From the NCBI RefSeq assembly GCF_032444005.1, contig NC_091285.1:10540001-10604000 (forward strand): 64,000 nt of DNA, written 5' to 3'. The notes under the pieces were generated by a model. The model did no database searches. It had not been told where the DNA came from and saw only the letters and a list, made by a program, of their open reading frames with translations. This stretch comes from Ranitomeya imitator. Lineage: Eukaryota. The position numbers and the translations under genes were made by a program. Below, in pieces: positions 22,996 to 35,600 of the stretch (position 1 is the first letter of the stretch; every line of letters begins with the position of its first letter).

Positions 22996-23492
22996 CGTCT
23001 GAAGCCTTCGGGGGGCAGAATGTTCCCATGAGTGTCTGTAGGGGGCACCCGTCCTCGGCTACGGATGCGGAGGGCCCTGGATTCTGTCTCACTGCTCCGG
23101 ATGCCGCTGCAACAAATGAATTTGTCCCAGGTGTTGCCCTCCATGCGAGATGGCGGGGGGATCGTTCTCTGGGGTCCAGCAGTGGTCGGGGCTGTGGTGA
23201 TCTGTCTCCACACTGCGCTGTTATGGGGTCCTTCTTGGCGCAGTGGCAGGAGAGGGGGTAGCCCACTGACTTCTAGCCAGGTCAGGTAGCCCAGGGTGTG
23301 AGGTGGGGTCTGCTGTGTCCATGGGGGGCTCCGCAGTTTCCCCATCAGCTCCAGCTTTGCCTCTGTGTAAGGTGGGCGCTCCATTATCATCCTGTGGATG
23401 CTGCGGGGGGTGAAGCCGGAGGTGTGGACCGGGGGGTCTGACAGTAAAGGAACGGGGTGAGGAGGGGAAGTCATGGTGGAGGCAGGAGGTAC
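22996..23492 (-). CDS. TEX52: Testis-expressed protein 52, main internal coding exon
   Basis: Acceptor TTTTTCCAG|GTA at 23492 and donor CG|GTGAG at 22996. Translation (SGFTPRSIHRM, HTLGYLTWLEVSGLP, PHNSAVWRQIT, IPPPSRMEGNTW, IRSRGRVPPTDTHGNILPPEGFR) matches recalled TEX52 motifs. Position 3' of FOXM1 on the same strand matches amniote synteny. Other exons unresolved. Confidence 0.72.
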
Positions 23493-23579
23493 CTGGAAAA
23501 AGGACAAAGTAATGTTAGTTCCGGGGAAACAAGAGACCAAACCGATCCCCCAAATCTGCGAGACCCCACAAATATAAGC

Positions 23580-23805
23580 AATGATGTCATTGCACCCATA
23601 TGATGTCACTGCATCCGCAGGATGATGTCAGTACACATGCAGGACAATGTCACCGCACCCGCTAGATGATGCCACTGCACCCGCATGATGAAGTCACGGC
23701 ACCCGCAGGACAAGGTCACGGCCCCCACATGATGAAGTAACTGCACCCACAGGATGATGTCACGGCACCCACAGGATGATGTCATGGCACCCGCATGATT
23801 ATGTC
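23580..23805. repeat. ~22-nt tandem repeat (GATGATGTCACTGCACCCGCAG-like)
   Basis: About 10 diverged units visible. Confidence 0.8.
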
Positions 23806-24181
23806 ATCTACCACGGCCCAATAAGGCCGACGTGTAATTAGATTGTGAGCTCTGCTGGCAGCGGCTCGTCAGTCTGATCTGTGGAGATAAATGTCGCCTT
23901 CCAGGGCAGCCGGATCCTCCCGGGAGGAGCCGGAGTCAGACATGGAAAAGATCAAAAAGCCGAAGCACAGGGGACCAGGTATAAGGACCTGGAGAATGGG
24001 CAGTGAATCGTGACAGCCGGGCACATGGCACATCTGCGCATGAATGGTGGGAGTAGAGCATTAGACTCTGTGCCCCTTGTGCTGCTCTAATACCACATTC
24101 ATCATCTCTACAAAACCTCATGATATGAAGATGTGACGGGACTGCGCAGGTGTGTAGTCAGCAACACAATACCGCTGATCA

Positions 24182-24225
24182 CCAGCAGGTGGTGCTATAA
24201 GCAGTAGGTACCACTAGAGGGAGCA
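24182..24225 (+). promoter_or_regulatory. Two tandem CTCF-like motifs
   Basis: CCAGCAGGTGGTGCTA (24182-24197) and CCACTAGAGGGAGCA (24211-24225) resemble the CTCF core consensus. Confidence 0.5.
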
Positions 24226-24744
24226 GATCTTTCCTGCCAGTGACTGGTGTTACAGCAGCACCTGCTGGTCACCACAGGTTACTGAAGGATTCTCCTTTCC
24301 TGGATCTGCATTACACCATGCAAATTAGGGTTTAACCCCCTTGGTCTAGTTTGGGGAGTAAGATCATAGGTGGGGATATGGCGGTGAAGCTCCGGGGCCT
24401 TCATCTGTCATTTATAATGCTGCTATATAGGATATTTTGGCTTCACCATGCCCCAGGTCCAGTTGTGACCCCTGAATGTAGAAGGGGTCACCTGTGCCCC
24501 ACTGCCTGGGGGGTTATTATAGTTTCCTATAACAGTAATAGTATTTACAGGAATTGCTAGTTTGGCAGTTTTCTTATCTGGGTCGTCGCCGTCCTCGGTC
24601 TCCTCTTATATCACCGCCCGCCCTGTTCTCTTTTACTCTATGGCCCCAATTCTCCTTTTTCAGGATTTCTCTTTATACTTTTCCTTTTTTTTTCTATGTT
24701 ATTCCTTTAAAGATTCTCAAGAAGGACGATCTGAGATCACTGGG

Positions 24745-25010
24745 GGGGTAAGTATTGGGGTATATTAAGGAGTACGTGTTAGGGGTGTATTAGGGGGTAA
24801 GTCTTGGGGTGTATTAAGGAGTAAGTGTTAGGGGTGTATTAGGGGGTAAGACTTGGGGGGGTAAGTATTAGGGGGTAAGTCTTGGGGTGTATTAAGGAGT
24901 AAGTGTTAGGGGGTATTAGGGGGTAAGTCTTGGGGTGTATTAAGGAGTAAGTGTTAGGGGGGTATTAGGGGGTAAGTATTGTGGGGTATTAGGGGGGTAA
25001 GTCTTGGTTG
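24745..25010. repeat. G-rich minisatellite (GGGGTAAGTCTTGGGGTGTATTAAGGAGTAAGTGTTAGGGGGTATTAGG)
   Basis: About five tandem ~49-nt units. Confidence 0.85.
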
Positions 25011-25947
25011 TCGCCTGCTCCGTCATGTGATGGTCACGGCCAGGAGACAGTAATGTGAATGGCGCCGACACCCATCAGTCTGAAGATTACAGGGACTCAC
25101 CAGATCACCCGGGGACTACTGCTCCCATCATCCCCAGACAAGGTAAGTCTCTGCAGTCCGGTCCGTCGTGTTTTCAGCTTCTCCATGGTGACGGCCCTGC
25201 CTGCGGTATAGAGGGGTGGGGGGAGAGGCGGCACTTACAGGACGAGAATTAATTATTAGGACACTTTGCTGCTTTCAGAACTTTGTAGTTTTGCAGCAGC
25301 TGGAAAGAAAGAAGCTGCAATAATGTCTGAAATGTGAAATTCTCTCTTAAAGGAGCAGTACACTTTCAACACCCGATACCATCCACATTAGTTCTCTGTT
25401 ATCAGCCACTCAAGACTACGTTCAACTATTATGAAAAAAGAAGGCTGCGTGGCTCCAAATCAGGGCGAAAACACAAACTATACAAAAAAAAAAAAATTAT
25501 AAAACAAAATAAAGCAAAAGGCTAAAAAAAAACAACCACAAACTAAAAAAACCCCCTCAGAGCGTGGGCCTAGGCACGACAAGAGAGGACACATCGTGAG
25601 CGAGCTCCCGCTCCTGGGCCCTAAAAAAAAAAAAACTTTAGGTTTTCGTAAACTGCTTTTTATCTGCTTGAGCTCCCAGATCTCCCCCGACAGGGTGAGA
25701 GAAGTGACACCGAGGGCCGGCCATACTGGGGGCAACAGGAGACAGCCATCTTCATACCTGCTGAAGAAGCCGCTGATCTCCGCAGAGGAGGGGTGGGGAC
25801 GCGGGAGTTGGCGCAGCACATGCGCATCGAGCAAGAGAGGATGCGAGCTGTTACCGAATGCTGGAGAGGCGGTAAGGGTTCGGGCAGCTTCATTACCCTC
25901 GGCCCTTCTCTCCCTTTCCTTACACTGCCCCCCACAGTCACAGCCAC

Positions 25948-27623
25948 AAACAAACTGAGCTCAAAGACTGAATCCTTAATTGGGTTAGATAATTGTTGTG
26001 AAAGTTTTATTTTCCCAAGATCCAAGTAAGATCGGAGGCCTGGTGCCCTCACCGTCTCTGGAGCAGGTTCCCGGTGCCCTCACCGTCTCTGGAGCAGGTT
26101 CCCGGTGCCCTCACCGTCTCTGGAGCAGGTTCCCGGTGCCCTCACCGTCTCTGGAGCAGGTTCCCGGTGCCCTCACCGTCTCTGGAGCAGGTTCCCGGTG
26201 CCCTCACCGTCGAGTAGGTTCCCGGTGCCCTCACCGTCTCTGGAGCAGGTTCCCGGTGCCCTCACCGTCTCTGGAGCAGGTTCCCGGTGCCCTCACCGTC
26301 TCTGGAGCAGGTTCCCGGTGCCCTCACCGTCTCTGGAGCAGGTTCCCGGTGCCCTCACCGTCTCTGGAGCAGATGAAGCGATGGCCGTGAGACCACCACG
26401 GTGCAGGAAGGCTACCGTACACAAGATGAGGTGGAAACAACAAAGAGTAAATTTATTGGAAGGCAAGGAATGAAGTGGATGAGGAAGATGCAAACATGGG
26501 TATGCAATGGCAAAAGATAATTTACAAGAGTTATATTCTTTAGCTTGTCCGTCAAATAGCACGGTGCTCCAATCTGTTACAGATTCAATATATGTCAGAC
26601 AAATAAATGCAAACAATAAAACAAAGAATTATGCTACTCTATGTATAACTCTACCTTTACTAAGCAGGCCTCACGGCTCCCGTGTACTGACTATTGAAGC
26701 CTACACTAGGCCCTGAAATGTGCACAAAACAGGAACAAACTCACGGTGATGTTGGGGACTCAGATCCTGTCTCGGGGCCCCCCCAACAGTCTAGTACGGT
26801 GGTGCACACGGCTTTCTGCCAGCTCCGTGAAACGTGGTCTTCTCCTTGCTTCTGGGTCCTGGAGATGCTTCTGGAAACTGTAAATCCCTTTCTCTGTATC
26901 TTCGTGGTTTCTCAAACTCACACAGGACAGCCACTTTCGCTGCACCTGGAAAAGTCTGTCAAATTTCACAAGTCCACTCCGTTACAGGCTGTGGGTCCTC
27001 TTACAGCAAAACGGCACAAAGTTCTCTCTGCAGCAGCTTCAGCTCACACATGCTGTTCCGGCTCCACCCCCACCCTCTGCACAGTCCAGCTCATTCAGTC
27101 TATTGCAGGGGAGAAGCAGAACATTCCATCATGCCAGACAAGGGGATGCAGTCTCTTAAAGTGACAGCGTGTTCCTTACTGTCCATAACAGCACCACCCT
27201 CTTACACAGGTTCCTGGTGCCCTCACTGTCTCTGGAGCAGGTTCCTGGTGCCTTCACCGTCTCTGGAGCAGGTTCCTGGTGCCCTCACCGTCTCTTGAGC
27301 AGGTTCCTGCTGCCCTCACCGTCTCTGGAGCAGGTTCCTGGTGTTCTCACTGTCTCTGGAACAAATTCCTGGTGCCCTCACTGTCTCTGGGGCAGGTTCC
27401 TGGAGTCCTCACCATCTCTGAAGCAGATTCTCGGTGCCCTCACTGCCTCTGGAGCGGAGTCATGGTGCCCTCAGTCTCTGGAGCAGGGTGAGGGCACCAT
27501 GACCCTGCTCCAGAGACAGTGAGGGAACCAGGCCTCTGATCTTACTTGGATCTTGGGATTATAAAACTTTCACATCACTTATCTAATCCAATTAAGGATT
27601 CATTCTCTGAGCTCAGTTTGTTT
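25948..27623. mobile_element. Inverted-repeat-bounded element containing 31-nt tandem arrays
   Basis: About 120-bp arms (25948-26070 versus 27502-27623) are reverse complements. Arrays of GGTGCCCTCACCGTCTCTGGAGCAGGTTCCC at 26040-26370 and a diverged array at 27208-27490. Confidence 0.65.
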
Positions 27624-28899
27624 ATTCAAAGGTTGATTTATTATACGATGCTCTTTTTTTTGTTTGTACATATATTTGTGTTTCTTCAGAAACTTTGTTA
27701 TACTGTACCTGAGAAAGGGACCTAAGAGGTTTTTCACACTGAGAATTATCTTTATTCCTGACATTTTGGATACTTGTGATATTTTCATTCTTTATTCGTC
27801 ACTGCCACCTACTGGTCACCTGATCGCACTACAAGTGACTATACTAAAAAGAGACACCAGCCCAAAATTCCTACCTGATCAACTAGTGCTGATTTTATGC
27901 TCAAAACAAACAAACGGCGTATAAAAGACTCTGTAGAATCCATCGCATGTAAACAAGAATTAGAAACATTGCTAAAGAAAAAGCTCTCCACTCCACAACA
28001 GCTTCTAAAATAAAAACCATCTATGAAGTCTGTAGGCACAAACCAGATCAAGGATAAAGATTTCAGCCGATTCGGAAAGCGAAGCTTTATCTGCGGACCC
28101 TGCGCCCACTTCCAGGTCTTTTCTTAAGCTCTCTGTCACCCAAGTCATGAGACCCTTCCTACAAGAAATAACCGGCCTGAGATGAGACTAAAAACATATA
28201 GGCCACAGAGTGGATTCCCCCCCGAGTCTGTCACTCAGATCTTGTGGGGAGGCAGATGGACCATCCACTCATCCAGATCTTCAGAAGGCCTGGAGAGTTC
28301 TTCAATCCCCTCCCCCCAGTAGAAGTACCCTCTTGGATGCCTTTAGACCAGAAGTTTGTGTATCCTCATCAACAAAAAAGAAGCCTGGACCCTGCGGAAG
28401 AAATCCTCCTCTCCAAAAACCAGGTGGCAAGGTGTTTACCTACTTGAGGAAGAACTTCTCGCAAAGAAGTGGGATAGAAGCGGGTGGAGATCAGGAATTT
28501 CCTTGTTTAAGAATTCTGTTATTCGAGGACGAGACAAATCTTCAATCTTTCATGATTCTTACCAACCTCAGTCCCCCCTCTCCCGTCCTTCCTTCCCCAC
28601 CATCAATAAGTTCTAGACTCAGGATTGACCAGAGATGGTTCCCCACACATCTCCCCCATTTTGCCCTTCTCCACACTCTTCTGAAGCAGGAGATGTCGCG
28701 TACTCAGGCTTGGACTGGCCCATGGGAGAACTGGAGAATCCTCCGCTGGGCCACCACCTGCTTCTATGACCAGCACTTGGCACTAGATACATGAATCACT
28801 ATGTACAGACATTCAGCGTCTTATTCATGCAATAATCTGACCCGATCATCGTAATCTACATCTGTGATGGAGAAGGTCCCATTCACATGTAGCTGAAGT

Positions 28900-31290
28900 G
28901 CGGCCCTGGTTACTGGTGGGCTCCTAGCATCCCAGCCCGACCCCGACATATAGCCGGTGGACTAGTAACTGTGTGTATTGTATACGAGCCAAGCCATAAG
29001 CGAGAATCTTGACTTTCTGAGGCACTAGAAACCCTAAAAATCTTTCCGGAAGGCCTCCTGATGGTGGGGGAGATCTAATAATGCCCCTAAGGACAATTCT
29101 AGATACCACAATATCTCAGAGAGTGATCAGGAGCGCACTGGTCACTAAACACCTTACATTCATGGAGAACAAATAACCCCAATGGGAAAAATTATACTTT
29201 TATCATAGGTTTGATTATTTGCTAATCCAAAATAAATCGCTACCATTAATCCAAACTATAGACCCCATAACGATTTCTGGCCACGCACCCATTGTCATAA
29301 AAATTGTTATTGCCTCATCCAAGCGCAACGTGGAGACTTAACGAAACTCTTTTAGACAACGGAAAAAAAACCCTTTAACCTATACTTCAAGGAAAATTCA
29401 GTCGGGCCCCTCGATGTCTGTAGTCTGGAGGGCCGACGACTCAATCGCTATCAGATTATATATATAATAAAGGGGAAAATAAAGAAATGGAATCTATTCT
29501 ACGTCAAATAAATGCCCTCGAGTCCGTTCATAAAAAGAATCCCTAGGCCAAAAATATCCAAGATGACCGGTGTACGTTGCGAAATAATCTCATAGATGCA
29601 CTAAACATTCACAGTCAAAATCTATCAGTAGACAAAAATTGTACGAGCATGGTAATAAAAGGAAGCAAACTTACCTAAAAATAATAATTTAATAAAAAAA
29701 TAATTTTTTAATAATTAAAAAAAAAAAAAATACTCAGAAAAATCCTTTATTAGGAAAAGTATAGTAGATAAAAATACAACAGCTGATAAAACCGAAGATA
29801 AAGCGGAAGTATTTAGACTTTTCTGTGAAAGACTATATTATATAATAACTTCAGACTCCATGCTAAACCCTTTAGAAATTCGTGAAATCTCCCTGCGCTC
29901 CAAGCGAGTGACTGCAAAGCTCTAATGTCTCAAGTTACTTCCCAGGAAAATAAACTATCCCTAATGGGAAGGTGAGGACCCAGAACCATGGAGCAGTTAC
30001 TGCCTAATATACCGTATTTTCCGCTTTGTAAGACGCACTTTATTTCCCCCAAATTTGGGGGGAAAATGGGGGTGCGTCTTACAAAGCGGATATACCGCTT
30101 ACAGTTACAGGCTGGGATGAGGGGGTGTCCGCTGCTGCCCGCCACTGCTATCGCCCGCCACCGTCCCGGGAGATCCACTCCGGTGCTGCTGGGGGCTCTG
30201 GCGGCATTTTGTGAAAGACCAGAGCCCCCCGGCAGTTCGTCCATGCGTTCCTGTATGACTGACTTCGGGAAAATGGCCGCCGGAATCTCGGGAGATGAGA
30301 TTTCAGCGCTGAGATCTCATCTCTCGAGATTCCAGCGGCCATTTTCCCGGAGTCAGTCATACAGGAACGCATGGACGAACTGCCGGGGGGCTCTGGTCTT
30401 TCACAAAATGTCGCCAGAGCCCCCCTCAGACAGCCCTGCAGCACAGGAGCCCCCCTGCAGACCTCCTCATCCCAGCCTGCAGCAATGCTCCACTCCTGCC
30501 TCCAGCACCGACCCTGGGACCCTGATCCGCTGCAGCCACAACCCCTGGTGAGTAATAAGACGCATGGATTATAAGAAGCCCCACCAATTTATTAAAAAAA
30601 GTTTTTTTCCTATTTTTCTCCTCAAAATTTGGGGTGCATCTTATAATCCGGAGCGTCTTACAAAGCGAAAAATAAGGTATCTAGTAAATGTAGATGTGAA
30701 GCTCTGGGTAAAGATACTGGTAACAAGAATTAGCAAAATCCTTCAAAAACGGATTTACTCCCAGAGTTTCAATATCCAAAATGGAAGGAGGCGGGGATGG
30801 CCCTGTTCCCTTCCATTTTTATTCTCATAATGGAGACTTTGATACAAAAAAGAATATAAACAGAACCCACATACAAAGAGACTGAAGGTGGGAAACACGT
30901 CCTCCTACTTCTCGCTATCCTTACCAGGAACCTCCCTAAACTCATCGAGTTTTATAAACAGTTTTGGTGAAACATCAGATTTTAAGATCAACTTAGACAA
31001 GTTAGAGGCCCTCAACATTTCTGCTTCATCCGAAGAGATCGACATTATCGAAAAGACGACCCCTTTTAATTGGCCAATGTCAGATACTCAGGGGTCTTGG
31101 TCACTAGGGACCCAAAAGACTTGTAAAGTTAATAAACAACATCACATCAATTCTAAAAAACATACGTCTTACCAGATGGGGAGAATAAACGTGTTAAAAC
31201 CGTACATTCTTCCAAAGATATCGTATGCCATGTAGATGCTGCCCGTACTCATACCTAAGGAATTTTTTTTAACATGATCAGAAATCTATT
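28900..31290 (+). mobile_element. Decayed L1-clade LINE ORF2 (APE plus RT), interrupted by a MITE
   Basis: Broken motifs GGDL(I), SGHAP, LVNVDVKLWVKILVTRI, IQNGRRRGWP, FINSFGETSDFKINLDK, GRINVLKPYILPKISY. Many stops and frameshifts. The relic probably extends over about 27700-32120. Confidence 0.75.
30012..30677. mobile_element. Tc2/pogo-type MITE with a central 233-bp hairpin
   Basis: TA|CCGTATTTTCCGCTTTGTAAGACGC...GCGTCTTACAAAGCGAAAAATAAGG|TA. Internal palindrome at 30192-30424. Inserted at a TA within the L1 RT. Confidence 0.85.
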
Positions 31291-32605
31291 CTAGTTCTAC
31301 ATAGAAATATGTATTAACTAAAGAAAAAACTAAAAAAAAAATATAGATTTATGGTTGTTTTTTTTTTTTTTTCAAATACCTTCATCTATTTGGTTAGTAA
31401 TGAACGGACACGACGACCTTTGGGGGTAAAGTTTTTAATTGTACATATTGTGATAGAGATAAGAACCATAACCTGGATCTTTGACGCTCGCGGAGGAGGC
31501 GGGGCAGTGACTGCCGCGCTCTCATTGGTCAGTACACGCGCCTACTTATCTAGGCTCAGGCAGCATTAGAGCAGGGTCGGTATTAGTTTGCAGCAGACTG
31601 TAAATCGAGATGCTTCCTGCCGTGGTGTTGTTAGTATGCTGACATCTAGTGGACGATATGAAAACTGCAACACAATAAATGTGACATAATCCAGGAAATT
31701 TAAGGGAGATAAGGAGGGTCTCGAACCTGTGGAACTACAAGCCTCAGCATGCCAGAGATGCACAGATCAGGGTGGCCACTATCTACACACTGCATGGAAT
31801 AGCACATTCGCCACCTCACCTGATGAGGGCGCTAACACAATATACTTATCACCTCTATGACCCACAGCTTTGCCAAAAACCAGAAATTGCCGCACATTCT
31901 GCGCTCAACACCAGAGGATGCTGGGATTTAAAGGGACGGTGTTATGTTAAATTCACTATTGCTCCCAGTTATCACCCCTTTAAAGACTGTAGGGTCAATC
32001 ATCTCATTGAAAGACATGCGATGCTGTATTGTCCCTCTCACCCCATGATCACTACAGGTTACTGTCCCTTTAAGAAAACAGTCAAAATCTTGTACATTTC
32101 TTTGTAAATAAAAGTTTCCTCATCGAACTATAAGAAGTTTTACAACTTTCTAGTATCCCGTGTTACCTCTGCTCGCCGCCAGGGAATAGAAACCTTCCGA
32201 CTCACTGACAGCAAGCAGAGATCTTGAAAATCGGCAAAAGAAAATCCATCATGAAGCTGCAGAACTAACTACTATACAGATTCGATATGGCATGGAAACA
32301 CGGGGAAGGATGAGGTGCGCCCCTTTAAGGGAGATAAGCGGCGCCCGCGACATTCTACCGACACAGGAACTATAGTCAGATATGGCGCCCGCAATATGGC
32401 CGGTGTCTATGGATACGATGTCGCGGGCGCCGCTCATCCCTGGGCGACCCCTTTAAAATCAGGTGCAGGGTAATAAAGTGACTCGCGACTGAATACAGAA
32501 AGCCACACGTCAAATATAAATAGCGGAGACGAGCGGCGCCCCGAGATAAAACATCATTATAGAGGGGGAGAACATTATTCCGTTGGGGGGGGGGGGTCTC
32601 TGGTC

Positions 32606-35600
32606 CTATCGGAGCTCATTGAACAGCTGCCCCCAGTAGGAGCTGTCCGTGCCGCCGGGGTCGTCCTCCTCCAGCCCCCCAAAGCTGATGTCCAGGAGGA
32701 TCTTACTGAGGCTCTCGTCCTTCGTGTCCAGCACCAGCCCCTCCAGCAGGGAGCGGTTAGTGGAGCCCCCTACCTGCAGCTCCTTGGAGCAGCGTCTTTG
32801 TTTCCGAGCTCCGGTCGGAGTCTCTAAAGTTTCCACCTGAGGGGAAAAAGGCGACAATGCGGCCATCGTATCTGGGGGGGATCCGAAATATGGCAGATCT
32901 TTAAAAGGGGTCTCCCAAAAGCTGAGGGTCCCGTAGCTGTCCTTGAAGGGGGTGAGAGCTGCGCCCCGTGGTATTCGGACAGGGCTGAAATCCTGCAGAG
33001 GGTCTCTGGTGAGGGGAGAGGGGGACTCCCACGGCTGGAGGCAGGGAAGTCTGCTTGGCGTGGATGAAGAGGGGGGCTTCATGAACTTGTCCTTGACGGG
33101 GGTCTTGAAGGAGTAGCCTTCATCGTGTGACAGCTGGGACGGCCCGTCGTGGGCCAGCTGGGACGGCCCGTCGTGGGCCAGCAGGGACGGCCCGTCGAGG
33201 GCCAGCAGGGACGGCCCGTCGTGGGCCAGCAGGGACGGCCCGTCGTGGGCCAGCAGGGACGGCCCGTCGTGGGCCAGCAGGGACGGCCCGTCGTGGGCCA
33301 GCAGGGACGGCCCGTCGTGGGTCAGCTGGGACGGCCCGTCGAGGGTCAGCAGGGACGGCCCGTCGAGGGTCAGCTGGGACGGCCCGTCGAGGGTCAGCTG
33401 GGACGGCCCGTCGAGGGTCAGCTGGGACGGCCCGTCGAGGGTCAGCTGGGACGGCCCGTCGAGGGTCAGCTGGGACGGCTCGTCCGGGGTGTGTGTGTCC
33501 TGCAGGAAGGAGAGCTCTGTATCCAGACCTGAGTCTGAGGCGCTGCTGTCAGGGAGAACCAGCTCTGGCTCCGAACATCGGGGGGTCACCAGCTGCTGTT
33601 TCCTCCGCGACCCACTCGCCCGTTGGCTCTGAGCAGTGAGGGAGGGCCACAGCTCAGCAGGGTCCGGCTCGACCTGAGGAGGAGCTGTCAGGACCAGTGG
33701 GGAAGGATCCGACATCTCCAACAGAATCTGGAAGAGAAACAAACAGGACACAAGCAGCTCAGCCCCTCCATGTATCACCTGTCCATGCCGGATTAAAGCT
33801 TAAATATAAAATGGGTGGAGCTACTATACCAAGGACCGCCCACGAGGAGACGGTTACAGCAAGGCACAAAAAGTACTGACCTTGGGTGCAATCTTGACCC
33901 GTTTGCTGCTGCGGGGCCCATCGGTGACCCCCGGGTCCGGAGTAAAGGTCTCCAGCGGAGAGAAGATCAGTGGCTGCGTGATCGGGAACTGCACGGGGAT
34001 CAGGTAGGAGTCGATCCTCGGCAGCAGCGGCTTCATCTTTCGCTCCGGAGCTGCGGGAGGAGAAGCAAAATCTGAGCTCAGGCTGAAGTTATAGTCAGCA
34101 CCGAACGTAGGGAGGAAACATGAGCTCACCCCGCGCGCTGCCGGCGACGCTCTGCACAACACCGCTCTGCTCCGGGGTCACCGGCCGCTGAAAGAGGAAC
34201 AAGAGCAAGTCTGATACCAACAGGGTGATCCCAGGACTACGACCCCCTGAGAAGGGCGAGGAATAGACACACAAAACATCATAGAAAGATGCAGAATAAA
34301 TACATTTATAGAGAACGGGATGAGAAAAAAGATAGAAGAGATCTTACCGGTTCACTGCAAGCGGCGGACGAGGAGCCCGAGGCCTAAGGAAGAGAGAAAA
34401 CACCAGCAGAATAGTGAGTGCAGCTCTGGAGTATAATACAGGATGTAACTCAGGATCAGTAATGTGATGTATGTACACAGTGACTGCACCAGCAGAATAG
34501 TGAGTGCAGCTCTGGGGTATAATACAGGATGTAACTCAGGATCAGTAATGTAATGTATGTACACAGTGACTGCACCAGCAGAATAGTGAGTGCAGCTCTG
34601 GGGTATAATACAGGATGTAACTCAGGATCAGTAATGCAATGTATGTACACAGTGACTGCACCAGCAGAATAGTGAGTGCAGCTCTGGGGTATAATACAGG
34701 ATGTAACTCAGGATCAGTAATGTAATGTATGTACACAGTGACTGCACCAGCAGAATAGTGAGTGCAGCTCTGGGGTATAATACAGGAGGTAACTCAGGGT
34801 CAGTAATGTAATGTATGTACACAGTGACTGCACCAGCAGAATAGTGAGTGCAGCTCTGGGGTATAATACAGGATGTAACTCAGGATCAGTAATGCAATGT
34901 ATGTACACAGTGACTGCACCAGCAGAATAGTGAGTGCAGCTCTGGGGTATAATACAGGAGGTAACTCCGGATCAGTAATGTAATGTGTGTACACAGTGAC
35001 TGCACCAGCAGAATAGTGAGTGCAGCTCTGGGGTATAATACAGGAGGTAACTCGGGGTCAGTAATGTAATGTATGTACACAGTGACTGCACGAGCAGAAT
35101 AGTGAGTGCAGCTCTGGGGTATAATACAGGATGTACCTCAGGATCAGTAATGTAATGTATGTACACAGTGACTGCACCAGCAGAATAGTGAGTGCAGCTC
35201 TGGAGTATAATACAGGAGGTAACTCAGGATCAGTAATGTAATGTATGTACACAGTGACTGCACCAGCAGAATAGTGAGTGCAGCTCTGGGGTATAATACA
35301 GGAGGTAACTCAGGATCAGTAATGTAATGTATGTACACAGTGACTGCACCAGCAGAATAGTGAGTGCAGCTCTGGGGTATAATACTGGAGGTAACTCAGG
35401 ATCAGTAATGCAATGTAATGTATGTACACAGTGACTGCACCAGCAGAATAGTGAGTGCAGCTCTGGGGTATAATACAGGATAATTTGTGTATGTAGATCA
35501 TTATGGTCGTACTCGCACCTTGAACACCTGATCGAGGGTCAGGCAGCGATTGGCTTGGGGATGGATGGTCCAGTAGGAGATCTTGTTGTTGTTGCTGGGG

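Noticed and set aside
34352-35338. Series of 64-aa ORFs resembling a small-protein gene cluster
   Set aside because: Artefact of the 86-nt intronic minisatellite.
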